Source: an uncultured Gemmatimonadaceae bacterium (GTDB lineage: Bacteria > Gemmatimonadota > Gemmatimonadetes > Gemmatimonadales > Gemmatimonadaceae). Taken from it: DNA of 64,000 nt. The DNA is taken from NCBI GenBank assembly GCA_963829055.1, contig CAWHHI010000011.1:256001-320000 (forward strand). The letters are read 5' to 3'. Below are positions 39,185 through 55,332 of this stretch, piece after piece. The notes under the pieces are model-generated. The model was not told the origin of the DNA and ran no database searches. It worked only from the letters and a program-made list of their open reading frames with translations. A program made the translations under genes and the position numbers. Every line of letters starts with the position of its first letter. Position 1 is the stretch's first letter.

Positions 39185-40315
39185 TTACCCGCGATGGGCC
39201 CAGGCGCGCACCGTGTTCACGAACGCGCGGGCACCTTCCACTGGCGTATCGGGAAGAATGCCGTGCCCGAGGTTCGCGATCACGCCCGCACCATCCATGG
39301 CCGCCAGCATTCGTTCCGTTCGCGACCGCACCTCCGACGGCGGGCCGTATAGACAGCACGGATCCAGATTCCCCTGAATCGCAACGCCGCATCGATTGGC
39401 GACGCGTCGCGCCTCCGCAGCCGGCGTATGCCAGTCGATACCAACGACGTCGGCGCCGGTCGTGATGGCGATTTCCTCGAGCATGGTACCGCAACCGGGT
39501 GCGAACACGATGACAGGCGCGCCAGCCGTTCTCGCGATCGACGCGGCGGTCGCGAGATGCGGCAGCGCGAATTCACGGAAGTCCTCCGGCGAAAGCGCTC
39601 CACCCCAGGACTCGAAGATCTGCACCACCTGCGCGCCAGCGCGTACCTGCGCGGCGAGATGACGACCGACCGCATCCGCGACGGTCTCGAGCAGCCGATG
39701 AGCGACGCGGCGATCGGTCATGAGCAGGCGCTTCGCTGCCGAGAAGGTCTTGGTGCCGCCCCCCTCGATCATGTACGCGGCCAGCGTCCACGGCGCGCCA
39801 GCAAAACCGATCAATGGCACACGGCCCGCGAGGCGCTGACGACAGAGACGCATCGCGTCCATCACATACGCCAGGTCGCGTTCCGGCTCCACGTATCGCA
39901 GCCTGTCGACGTCGGCACCGGACCGCACTGTCGACGCCAGGCGTGGACCAACGTTCTCCTCGACGCTGAGCCCGAGGCCCATCGCGTCGGGAATCACGAG
40001 GATGTCGCTGAACAGGATCGCCGCGTCCACACCGATCAGGTCGACCGGCTGCAGTGTGACCTCGGCGGCGAGCTCCGGGGTGCGCACGAGCCTCACGAAG
40101 TCACCAGCCTGCTCCCGCACGTGACGGTACTCGGCGAGATAGCGGCCGGCTTGCCGCATGATCCAGACGGGAGGCCTGGCGACCGACTCGCGGCGACACG
40201 CCCTGAGCAGCAGGTCGTTGGCGAGTGCCGGCCTGGCGGCGGGAACGGGAGCGTTCACCAGTGGTTCGCCCGCGATCACAGCAGTCACGTCAATCTCCGG
40301 ATGACACGGTGGCAC
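39185..40315 (-). CDS. hemE: Uroporphyrinogen decarboxylase
   Basis: PPVWIMRQAGRYLAEY, DAAILFSDIL, LIGFAGAPWTLAAY, QGNLDP, NLGHGI. Exact start uncertain. Confidence 0.95.
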   Translation of the reverse strand: MPPCHPEIDVTAVIAGEPLVNAPVPAARPALANDLLLRACRRESVARPPVWIMRQAGRYLAEYRHVREQAGDFVRLVRTPELAAEVTLQPVDLIGVDAAILFSDILVIPDAMGLGLSVEENVGPRLASTVRSGADVDRLRYVEPERDLAYVMDAMRLCRQRLAGRVPLIGFAGAPWTLAAYMIEGGGTKTFSAAKRLLMTDRRVAHRLLETVADAVGRHLAAQVRAGAQVVQIFESWGGALSPEDFREFALPHLATAASIARTAGAPVIVFAPGCGTMLEEIAITTGADVVGIDWHTPAAEARRVANRCGVAIQGNLDPCCLYGPPSEVRSRTERMLAAMDGAGVIANLGHGILPDTPVEGARAFVNTVRAWAHRG

Positions 40316-41583
40316 GAGCCGCTTCGGTCGCGAGCGGAGCGAAGAGCCGCGTGAGGGCTGTCGTTAGGTCGTCGACACGCTCGCCGCGCACGATCGCGCC
40401 GCGGAGCTCCGTCATCGGGCGCGCGAGCAATTTGGCGACGACGCGGTCGGCCGCCCGCCGTGCGACGCGCTCGTCGCCCGCGGCGTGCTCGAACTCGCGC
40501 TGGCACAGCGCGCTCAGGGCCTGACGCAGTGGCTGAATCGCTTCACGCGCCGACGCAGCGGCGAGCCAGTCGCGGAATCGTTGCAGCTCCACTTCGACGA
40601 TGCCTTCCGCCGCCGGCACGGCGTGTTGACGCTCGCGCTCGTCGGCGACGAGTACGGGGCGCAGCGCGTCGAGATCGACGACCACGGCACCGGCAACGTT
40701 CGAAACCGCAGGTTCAGCGTTACGAGGAAGCGAAAGGTCAATCACGAGCAGTGGGCACGTCGCTGTTCCACAATTGCGGCGCGCCACTTCGAGGCGATCG
40801 GCTCGCAGAAGTGGTGTAGGCGAGCCGGTGGCGAAGATCGCGATGTCGGCCATGGCGACCTCCACGTGCACGTTCTCGAGCGGGGCGACGCGGCCGCCGA
40901 CCTGTGCCGCGAGGTCGGCGGCACGTGCTTCCGTTCGATTCATGATGATCATGTCCCGCGCGCCGAGCTTGGACACCTGACGCGCAACGCGGGCCGCGGT
41001 CTTGCCGCTGCCCACGACCACGACACGCGCCGGCCCCAGCGATCCGAACCGCCGCGCGGCGAGGCTCGCCGCCTCAGCACCGATGGAGTGCCTGCCGCTC
41101 GACAGCGACGTCTCGGTCCTGACGCGTTTCCCGACGTGCAGCGCGGTTTCGAAAAGCCGGCGTAACGCGGACCCGGGCTCGCCGCACGCCACGGATCGCT
41201 GGTACGCCTCTCTGAGTTGCCCGAGTAGTTGTCCGTCGCCGAGGACCTGCGATTCAATACCGGCGGCGACGCGCAGCAGAATGGCGCGCGGCGTCGTCTC
41301 CGTCGCGACAGCGCGCAACCGCGAGCAGTTGGCGGGCACCTGTGGCCGTGCCCATCCACTGCCGCGCGAGCCGCGTGAATGCAAACTCGCGCCGTGTCGC
41401 CGGAAAGCCGCCGCACCACGCATAGAGCTCGGTGCGGTTGCACGTGGACAGCGCGACGGTTTCATGATCGGGGGCGGTCGCGCCACGCGCGTAAATGGAC
41501 GCGAGACGCTCGGCGCCGATATGGAACGCCTCGCGCGTGGCGACGCCGACGTGCCAGGAGTCGATCGCGAGCGATATCAGCAT
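40290..41583 (-). CDS. hemA: Glutamyl-tRNA reductase (frameshift near 41290)
   Basis: LSTCNRTELY, RVAAGIESQVLGDGQLLGQ, GKRVRTET, VVGSGKTA, NRT, IDLSLPRN. Confidence 0.9.
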
Positions 41584-41599
41584 GTGATCGCGTAGATGG

Positions 41600-42787
41600 T
41601 CATGCGGGGGCGAGGCCGGTGAGGTGCGCGAGATTCTTGAAGAAGATCCGGGCGTGCGCCAGCGGCCGCGCCCGGACCAGTCGTTTCGTCATGTAGGCGT
41701 CGAACGTTAGGCGCTGCACGTCCGTGTCGCGGCAGATCGCGACGAAGCGCTCGCGGCGGGCATCGCTCGAGTACCAGAAGCGCTGCATGACACCGAGCAC
41801 GCGAAACACCTGGCCGTGCGCCCGCATGAAGCGCTTCCTCGCCGTGGCGAGCGCGCGGACGTCCCCCGTCTCGATCGCGAGCGCAACCGCGTCGGCGGCG
41901 AGCCGGCCGCCGGTCATGGCGTAGAAGATCCCTTCACCTGATGCGGGAGCGACCACGCCCGCCGCATCGCCGGCGAGCACGACATCGCGGCCGTTGTCCC
42001 ATCGTCGGAGCGGCGCCAGCGGAATCGGTGCACCTTCGCGGCGAAGCGTCGGCGCGTCCGCGAGCCCGATCGAAGCGCGGAGATCGCGGACCGCGGCCTT
42101 GAGGCCGAAGCCTTGATGGAGACTTCCGGTCCCGACGCTCGCCGTCGGCCCGTGCGGGAAAACCCAGGCGTAGAAATCCGGTGACAGCGCGCCCTGGTAA
42201 TAGACGTCGCACCGGGCCGCCGCGTAGCTGTCGGAGTCGGCGTTAGGTGTGGCAATCACCTCGTGGTATGCGAACACATGGCGCATGTCGGCGGCACCCG
42301 GGATGGATTGCCGCGCCACGGCAGATAGTGCGCCGTCTGCGCCGACCACGACGCGAGCGCGCACGGCGGCTGTTGATCCTGACCGCGATCGCCCTTGCGC
42401 GTAGCGCACGATCGCCACGCCGTCCGTATCGTGGTCGACGTGTTGAAACGTGCCGACGATGCGCGTCGCGCCGGCCGTCGCCGCACGCGCGCGAAGCCAC
42501 TCGTCGAACGCGTCGCGATCGACCATGCCGACAAATCCGTCGCCGACCGGAATATCGACCTGACGCCCCCGCGGCGAAATCATTCGCGCCGACGCGATGC
42601 GCGCAACGAGCAGTGACTCCGGGATCGCGAAGTCGCTGATCAGCTGCGGCGGCACGGCGCCGCCGCACGGCTTGGTGCGACCCGCGCGATCGAGCAGGGC
42701 CACGGAGCAGCCACGCTTCGCCAGCTCGTGGGCGGTTGTCGCACCGGCGGGACCGCCGCCGACCACGACCGCATCGTACGTCTTCAC
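41600..42787 (-). CDS. bchP: Geranylgeranyl reductase
   Basis: YDAVVVGGGPAGATTA, KPCGGAVPP, SPDFYAWVFPHG, EGAPIPL, LAGDAAGVVAPASGEGI. Confidence 0.96.
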   Translation of the reverse strand: MKTYDAVVVGGGPAGATTAHELAKRGCSVALLDRAGRTKPCGGAVPPQLISDFAIPESLLVARIASARMISPRGRQVDIPVGDGFVGMVDRDAFDEWLRARAATAGATRIVGTFQHVDHDTDGVAIVRYAQGRSRSGSTAAVRARVVVGADGALSAVARQSIPGAADMRHVFAYHEVIATPNADSDSYAAARCDVYYQGALSPDFYAWVFPHGPTASVGTGSLHQGFGLKAAVRDLRASIGLADAPTLRREGAPIPLAPLRRWDNGRDVVLAGDAAGVVAPASGEGIFYAMTGGRLAADAVALAIETGDVRALATARKRFMRAHGQVFRVLGVMQRFWYSSDARRERFVAICRDTDVQRLTFDAYMTKRLVRARPLAHARIFFKNLAHLTGLAPA

Positions 42788-42824
42788 CGCACCTCCCGCG
42801 CCGCGAGTGGCGCTGTCGTTAGGC

Positions 42825-43727
42825 TCACCGGATGCCGGCCGCGGCGACCATCATTCCGAGCACGTAGAGCGGCACGCCGACCCCGCTGTACCAGAGCGCC
42901 TTGGCGACAGGCGCAGCGTGGAACCGCCACATGAGCGGCAGTTGGGCGGCGATGAGAAGACTCACGGCCGCCGTGGCCCAGACGGCGCCCCAGGATGCGA
43001 GTAGACCAGCCACCACGAGTTGAGCACCGAGCATGATGCCGCAGGCGATGCGCGCCGCGTTGACCGCTCCGTGCTGCGCGGGAAGCGAGCGGACACCCAT
43101 GCGCCGGTCGCCGCGGATGGACTTGAAGTCGTTCAGCGTCATGATGCCATGCGCGCCGAGGCTATACAGGGCAGCGAGGACGACGATCCTGACGCCGGGT
43201 GCAGACCCGCCGAGCGCGACCGACGCTCCGGTGATCCAGGCCAGCCCCTCGTAGGAAACGCCGACGGCGAGGTTGCCCCACCAGCCGTTGCCCTTGAGGC
43301 GAAGCGGCGGGGCGCTGTACGCCCATGCCAGCACGAGGGCGACGAAGGTCGCGATCATGCCCCACGTGCCGAGGAACGACGCGACGACGAGCGATGCCGC
43401 CGACCAGCCTAACGCGAGATGCAGACCGAGTCGTCCCGGGATGCGGCCGGACGGAATCGGGCGACCGGGTTCGTTGATGGCGTCGACTTCGCGGTCGAAC
43501 CAGTCGTTGACGATCTGGCTCGCGGCGCAGACGCAGGGACCGGCGACGATGACGCCGAGCGCCAGCCGCCACGACGCGACGGAACCTGCGTTCGCGGACA
43601 CGACGCCGCAGGCGAACGCCCACATGGGCGGGAACCATGTGATTGGCTTTGCGAGCTCGACGACCGTCCGGATGGAGGGCCCGGGTCGTGCGAAATGTTC
43701 GGATCGATGTACAGTGAAAACTGTCAC
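42825..43727 (-). CDS. bchG: Bacteriochlorophyll synthase
   Basis: KPITWFPPMWAF, NDWFDREVDAINEPGRPIPSGR, YSAPPLRLK, GAHGIMTLNDFKSIRGD. Start uncertain. Confidence 0.96.
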   Translation of the reverse strand: MTVFTVHRSEHFARPGPSIRTVVELAKPITWFPPMWAFACGVVSANAGSVASWRLALGVIVAGPCVCAASQIVNDWFDREVDAINEPGRPIPSGRIPGRLGLHLALGWSAASLVVASFLGTWGMIATFVALVLAWAYSAPPLRLKGNGWWGNLAVGVSYEGLAWITGASVALGGSAPGVRIVVLAALYSLGAHGIMTLNDFKSIRGDRRMGVRSLPAQHGAVNAARIACGIMLGAQLVVAGLLASWGAVWATAAVSLLIAAQLPLMWRFHAAPVAKALWYSGVGVPLYVLGMMVAAAGIR

Positions 43728-43739
43728 GTTTGATTTACA
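43696..43739. promoter_or_regulatory. Tandem PpsR/CrtJ boxes at the bchG start
   Basis: TGT-tcggatcgatgt-ACA (43696-43713) and TGT-cacgtttgattt-ACA (43722-43739): two perfect TGT-N12-ACA sites, 8 bp apart. Confidence 0.85.
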
Positions 43740-43778
43740 CTAGGGGCGCATAAATGCTCGTGCTCTCATCCGAATCGA

Positions 43779-45209
43779 TCACGCAGTTTCTTCGGCGTCT
43801 CCCGGCGCGAGCAATCGGTGACGGCGCAGCTTCACGTAGAGGCTCTGACGGCTCAAGCCCAACACCTCGGCCGCCGCCGTTCGATTGTCGTGCGTCAGCT
43901 CGAGCGCCGCTTCTATATAGTGGCGCTCGACCAGCTCCACCGTGTCCCGCAGCAGGTCCGGCATCGACACCCGACCGACGAGGCCCGTCAGTTGCTCGAC
44001 GGCGCGGGTCAGATCACGCGCGCCCTGCGGGCCGGCCGCCACGCGTCGCGTGACATTGCGGATGATGAACCCGACCGCTGGCTCACTACCCTCGGACGTC
44101 ATGGCCGCCGAGACCTCGACTTCCGTGGTGCCTCCATGCTCGCCGCGCACGGCCGTCGACATGAGCCGAACGGAGTCGTGCTTCTTGAGCACGGCCAGCA
44201 TCATCGAGAGATCGGCGCCGGGGCGACCGATCCAGTCGCCGATGGAGCGGCCCTTCGCATGTCGCTCGCTCGCGACCTGAGCGATGTCGAGGAATGCGCG
44301 GTTGGCGGAGATGATGTCGCCGTCGAGATCGGTGACGACGAAGCCGTCAGGCAGATGCTCGATCAGATCCGTCGTCGTGTTGGCACCAGGCGCGGACGCA
44401 CTCGCCGCCGCGGCGACGGGAACGAACCTAACGAGAAACAGCGTGGACGCGTCCTGCCGGAAACACGACGCCGTTACGCCTACGGGAGTCGCGTCGCGGC
44501 CGAGTCGCACCGTGACGTCATCAGCGCGGCCGGTTGCCCGTGCGTGTGCGAGCAGATCGACGAGCGCGTGGTTCCCCACCTCATCGGCACCGAACGGGAA
44601 CACCTTCCCTTGCAGCTTGTCAGGCGGCGACTGAAAGAGCTGGCCAGCGGCGCTATTCGCATCGACCACCTTTCGATTTGCGGCATCGACGACGAGCACG
44701 GCTTCCGTCGAGAGCTGGAACAGCAACCGGTATCTTGTCTCCACGTGGCGCAGGCGCCAGTAATCGCGCTCCATCGCCTGCTGCGTTTCGACGAGGCGTT
44801 GCTGAAGCAGCGACATCGCGCGCAGGTCTCGGCCAACGGCGACGAGGCTGCCGTCATTGCCAAGACGGACAGCGGTGTACGCGACGGGAATGTCGGCGCC
44901 ATCGGCCGACAGATGATTGACCTGACGCCGAGTCGAGACGCCCTTCGCGGCGACGTCACGCATGAGGGCCTCGACCTTCGGCCTCGTCTCGCTACTGACA
45001 GTCTCGATCCACGGCACACCGACCCAACGTTCGGCGACCGCCATACCAGCATCGGCGCCACCAACAGCCACGTGACGGATCACGCCGCCGCGATCGACGA
45101 TGAGCGCAATGTCCGCGACTGCCGCCACCAGTGCCGCTGCGGCTTGCCCGTCGAGCTCAGCCAACGACTCGGAGGGGCCGGCGACGATCTCTTTCTTCTT
45201 AGTCGTCAA
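43779..45209 (-). CDS. ppsR: Photosynthesis regulator PpsR/CrtJ
   Basis: PAS domains, Q-linker GRDLRAMSLLQQRLVETQQAMERDYWRLRHVETRYRLLF, HTH DNRTAAAEVLGLSRQSLYVKLRR. Confidence 0.95.
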   Translation of the reverse strand: MTTKKKEIVAGPSESLAELDGQAAAALVAAVADIALIVDRGGVIRHVAVGGADAGMAVAERWVGVPWIETVSSETRPKVEALMRDVAAKGVSTRRQVNHLSADGADIPVAYTAVRLGNDGSLVAVGRDLRAMSLLQQRLVETQQAMERDYWRLRHVETRYRLLFQLSTEAVLVVDAANRKVVDANSAAGQLFQSPPDKLQGKVFPFGADEVGNHALVDLLAHARATGRADDVTVRLGRDATPVGVTASCFRQDASTLFLVRFVPVAAAASASAPGANTTTDLIEHLPDGFVVTDLDGDIISANRAFLDIAQVASERHAKGRSIGDWIGRPGADLSMMLAVLKKHDSVRLMSTAVRGEHGGTTEVEVSAAMTSEGSEPAVGFIIRNVTRRVAAGPQGARDLTRAVEQLTGLVGRVSMPDLLRDTVELVERHYIEAALELTHDNRTAAAEVLGLSRQSLYVKLRRHRLLAPGDAEETA

Positions 45210-46041
45210 CTGCAGCCTCGGCGCCGTGGTGAGAACCGCGCGCGCGCTCGATCAATCGGCACGCATGCTCGGGGGCTGACCGCGCATCAGCGGCGCACGC
45301 ATCCGCGCCGATACGACCGACCAGCTCCGGTCTGTCATTGAATACTCGACCTCCAACGATGATCGCGACCTTCGAGTTTCTGGAGCACGCGCGCACCTTC
45401 CGAATCTCGCGCTGGAGATGCGCCAGCCGACTGTCACACGTCACCGAAAACCCGACGACATTGAACCACTCGTCGCGCAGCAGGTTCAGCAGATCCGCCT
45501 CTGCGACGGGCGGACCAACGCTCACGCCCCACCCCGCGCGAATCATGAACTCCGCTACCATGAATAAACCCAATGTATGCTGCTCGCCGGGGATGCACGA
45601 GAGCAGCACACGGCCGATAGGATCACCGGTCGCTGGAGCGGGCGCGATGAAGACACGACTCATTTGCCGCAACACGCGCTGCAAACGTCCAAGCGCAACT
45701 GTGACCTCGACGAAATCGCACGTGTCCGCACTCCACAGTTCACCCAACGCATTCGCAGTGGGTGCGAGCAGATCCAGATAGATCGCTTCCGTCGGCACAC
45801 CGCGGTCCGTCAGCGCCGCGGCGAACCTGATCGCCTCGTCCTCGGAATCTCCGAGCACGTGACTCAGAAATGTCTCGAGGTCGGCGCGACTCACCGCCGA
45901 TGCCTGACTTCCGCTCGGCGTCAGCGCCAACGGCGCGGCGACGTCGGCGCGGAGGAGCCTGGGCATCAGCTCGCGCTCGATCATACGGCTCATCTCGGAG
46001 TTCGGGAGGAAGACCTGTGGGTCGACCTGCGATCTACGCAT
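45199..46041 (-). CDS. ppaA: B12-binding antirepressor AerR/PpaA
   Basis: IYLDLLAPTANALGELWSADTCDFVEVT, GEQHTLGLFMVAEF, IIVGG; overlaps the ppsR start. Confidence 0.9.
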   Translation of the reverse strand: MRRSQVDPQVFLPNSEMSRMIERELMPRLLRADVAAPLALTPSGSQASAVSRADLETFLSHVLGDSEDEAIRFAAALTDRGVPTEAIYLDLLAPTANALGELWSADTCDFVEVTVALGRLQRVLRQMSRVFIAPAPATGDPIGRVLLSCIPGEQHTLGLFMVAEFMIRAGWGVSVGPPVAEADLLNLLRDEWFNVVGFSVTCDSRLAHLQREIRKVRACSRNSKVAIIVGGRVFNDRPELVGRIGADACAADARSAPEHACRLIERARGSHHGAEAAVDD

Positions 46042-46158
46042 GACATTCCGCCAAGCACACCTCCGTGAGCCACCGACGGGCGACACCGGATGCTCACACT
46101 CCCACGACCAACGAGGCTCGCACGAGCGCAGGAGCATAGTGCAAACAGTCGGGCATGT

Positions 46159-46192
46159 TGTCAAGCATGATTTACGTCAACATATATTGACA
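46159..46192. promoter_or_regulatory. Overlapping PpsR-like boxes in the divergent ppaA/bchF promoter
   Basis: TGT-caagcatgattt-ACG (46159-46176) and CGT-caacatatattg-ACA (46175-46192), each one mismatch from TGT-N12-ACA, in an AT-rich patch. Confidence 0.7.
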
Positions 46193-46262
46193 CTTCTCAG
46201 CCGGCTTCGTATCCTAGGCCGTCCGAATCGCCCGACCTTCCACTCGCTCCCGGGAGTCGCGG

Positions 46263-48032
<1,770 letters not shown>

Positions 48033-48033
48033 C

Positions 48034-49547
48034 GTGCAACTCACCGTGTGGACGTACGAAGGGCCTCCGCACGTCGGCGCCATGCGGGTAGCGACGGCCA
48101 TGCGCGGCGTACACTACGTCCTCCATGCTCCGCAGGGCGACACGTACGCGGACCTGCTGTTCACAATGATCGAACGGCGTGACGAGCGACCGCCGGTCAC
48201 CTACACGACGTTCCAGGCGCGCGATCTCGGTGGCGACACCGCCGAACTGTTCAAGCGAGCCGTCGCCGACGCGTACGAGCGATTCGCGCCGGACGCGATG
48301 CTGGTGGGCGCGTCGTGTACCGCCGAGCTCATTCAGGACGACCCCGGCGGACTCGCCCGCGCGCTCGGCCTAACGATTCCGGTGGTGCCGCTGGAGCTTC
48401 CGGCGTACTCGAAGAAGGAGAACTGGGGAGCGAGCGAGACGTTCTATCACCTGGTGCGCGCGCTGGCGGATCAATCGCGGCGTCCGCTCGCGCGCGACGC
48501 GGCACGGCGGCCGAGATGCAATCTGCTCGGCGCCACGGCGCTCGGGTTCCGTCACCGCGACGACGTGATCGAGGTGGAGAAGCTGCTTGCCTCGATCGGC
48601 ATTGACGTTCACGTCCGCGCTCCCTCTGGCGCGACCGTGGCGGACATTGCCCGATTGGGTGAGGCCGACTTCAACGTCGTCCTCTATCCCGAAGTTGCCA
48701 CAACGGCGGCGACGTGGCTGCAGCGCACGTTCGGCCAGCCGATGACGAAGACGGTTCCGATCGGCGTCGCAGCGACGCGCGAGTTTGTCGCCGAGGCGGC
48801 GCAGCTCGCGGGCATCGAGGCGCCGAGCGCGGAGGTCGTGGCGTCGCGGCTGCCGTGGTATTCGCGCAGCGTGGACTCGACGTATCTGACGGCCAAGCGC
48901 GTGTTCGTGTTCGGCGACGCGACGCACGCGATCGCCGCCGCCCGTATCGCGACCGAAGAGCTGGGCTTCACGCTCGTGGGGCTCGGCACGTACAGTCGCG
49001 AGTTCGCGCGCGACGTTCGGGCCGTGGCGGAGCGGCATGGCCTGACGGCGCTCGTGACGGATGACTATCTCGACGTGGAGACGGCCATCACCGAGGCGGC
49101 ACCGGAGCTCGTGCTCGGTACACAGATGGAGCGCCACATCGCGAAGCGCCTCGGGATTCCCTGCGCTGTCATCTCGGCGCCGGTGCACGTCCAGGACTTC
49201 CCTGCGCGTTATGCACCGCAGATGGGAGCCGAGGGCGCGAACGTCATCTTCGATACGTGGGTGCATCCGCTCATGATGGGGCTCGAGGAGCACCTGCTCG
49301 GCATGTTCCGCGAGGACTTCGAGTTCGCTGACGGCAGGACGCCATCGCATGTAGGCGGAGCGCCCATCGAAGTGGCCGTCGCCGTCGGGCCAGCGAGCTG
49401 GTTGCCGGACGCGGAGCGCGAGCTCGGCAAGATCCCGTTCTTCGTTCGTGGGAAGGCACGTCGCAACGTCGAGCGGTTCGCTGCAGACAACGGGCTGCGA
49501 GAGATCTCGGTGGAGACCGTGTACGACGCCAAGGCTCACTTCGGCCG

Positions 49548-49551
<4 letters not shown>
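48034..49551 (+). CDS. bchB: DPOR subunit B
   Basis: GTG start; [44 protein letters not shown]-terminal PCP-red domain [13 protein letters not shown]. Confidence 0.96.
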
Positions 49552-54251
<4,700 letters not shown>

Positions 54252-54252
<1 letters not shown>

Positions 54253-54998
54253 TGCATCCGTCGACGACCCACGACGGGCGCTACGTCGAACGACGGGAGC
54301 AGCTCAGCGAGTATTTCGGTGCCACCGCCGCGGCGAGTTGGGCCGCGCTCACGTCCGACGCACCGACCAACTTCGTGCGGCGAGCCGTGCGCGCTGGACG
54401 CGAGGAGATGCGCCAGCACATGGTGGCATGGCTGCCCGCGCGGCTCGATGGACTCCGCGTGCTCGACGCGGGGTGCGGCACGGGCGGTCTCTCGATCGAG
54501 GTCGCTCGCCGCGGAGCGACCGTCCTGGGGGTCGACGTGGCGGACGCGATGATCGCAATCGCACGAGACCGGACGCCGGCCGCGGTCGCGGATCGGGTGG
54601 CGTTCGTGACGGGCGACATGCTTGACGGCGCATTCGGCACGTTCGACCACGTCGTGGCCATGGACTCACTCATCCACTATGCGGGTGACGATATGGTCGG
54701 AGCCATCCGAGCGCTGGCCGAGCGGACGCGCGTCTCGCTGTGCTTTACGGTTGCGCCCCGCACACCAGCGCTGGTCGCGCGACACGCGTTGGGTCGCCTG
54801 TTCCCACGGCGGAACCGGTCGCCCGAGATCAACCCGGTACCGACTGAGCGTGTGAAACACGAAATCGGCTCGGCGTTAGGTAACACGTTTCGCGTCAGGC
54901 GGGAGGCGCGCGTCGCAACGGGCTTCTACGTCTCGCAGGGCATCGAGCTCGTGCGCGGGACCCCTGAGCAGCTTCATGACCGGAGGATCGGCGTATGA
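54252..54998 (+). CDS. bchM: Mg-protoporphyrin IX methyltransferase
   Basis: YVERREQLSEYF, WAALTSDAP, VRAGREEMR, VLDAGCGTG, VAMDSLIHY, FTVAPRTP. Confidence 0.95.
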
Positions 54999-55324
54999 TC
55001 GTTGGTCTGGTCGTCGGCTTCGCGGCGATTGCCATCGCCGCAGTCTGGTATCAGTTCGTGCGGCCGCGCGAGGTGCCGTGCGCCATCGATCTCGAGGCGA
55101 CGCAGGAGCACTTCCACGCCCATGTGGCGCTCGAGGGCTTCGAGGTCGATGCGGGCGATGAGGTCCTGGTGCACGGGACGCCATCGCGTATCCCGTTAGG
55201 CGCCCAGATCGCCTTCCGGTCGAACGCGACCGTTCGGCCCGCGAGCCGCCTCAAACGGCGATGGGTGAAGCTCACGGGCGGGACCGAGTTCCACGAGCTG
55301 TATGACGTCGGCTTCGAGGGCTGA
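54995..55324 (+). CDS. Conserved PGC hypothetical protein preceding acsF
   Basis: 109 aa with N-terminal [37 protein letters not shown]. Resembles the small ORF found upstream of acsF in purple bacteria. Confidence 0.75.
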   Translation: MIVGLVVGFAAIAIAAVWYQFVRPREVPCAIDLEATQEHFHAHVALEGFEVDAGDEVLVHGTPSRIPLGAQIAFRSNATVRPASRLKRRWVKLTGGTEFHELYDVGFEG

Positions 55325-55332
55325 GAGGACAC

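Noticed and set aside
43818..45341. Long antisense or alternative-frame ORFs (e.g. 43818-45341 +, 48370-49539 -, 59970-61082 +)
   Set aside because: Arg/Ala-rich shadow ORFs expected in high-GC DNA opposite well-supported genes; no recognisable motifs.
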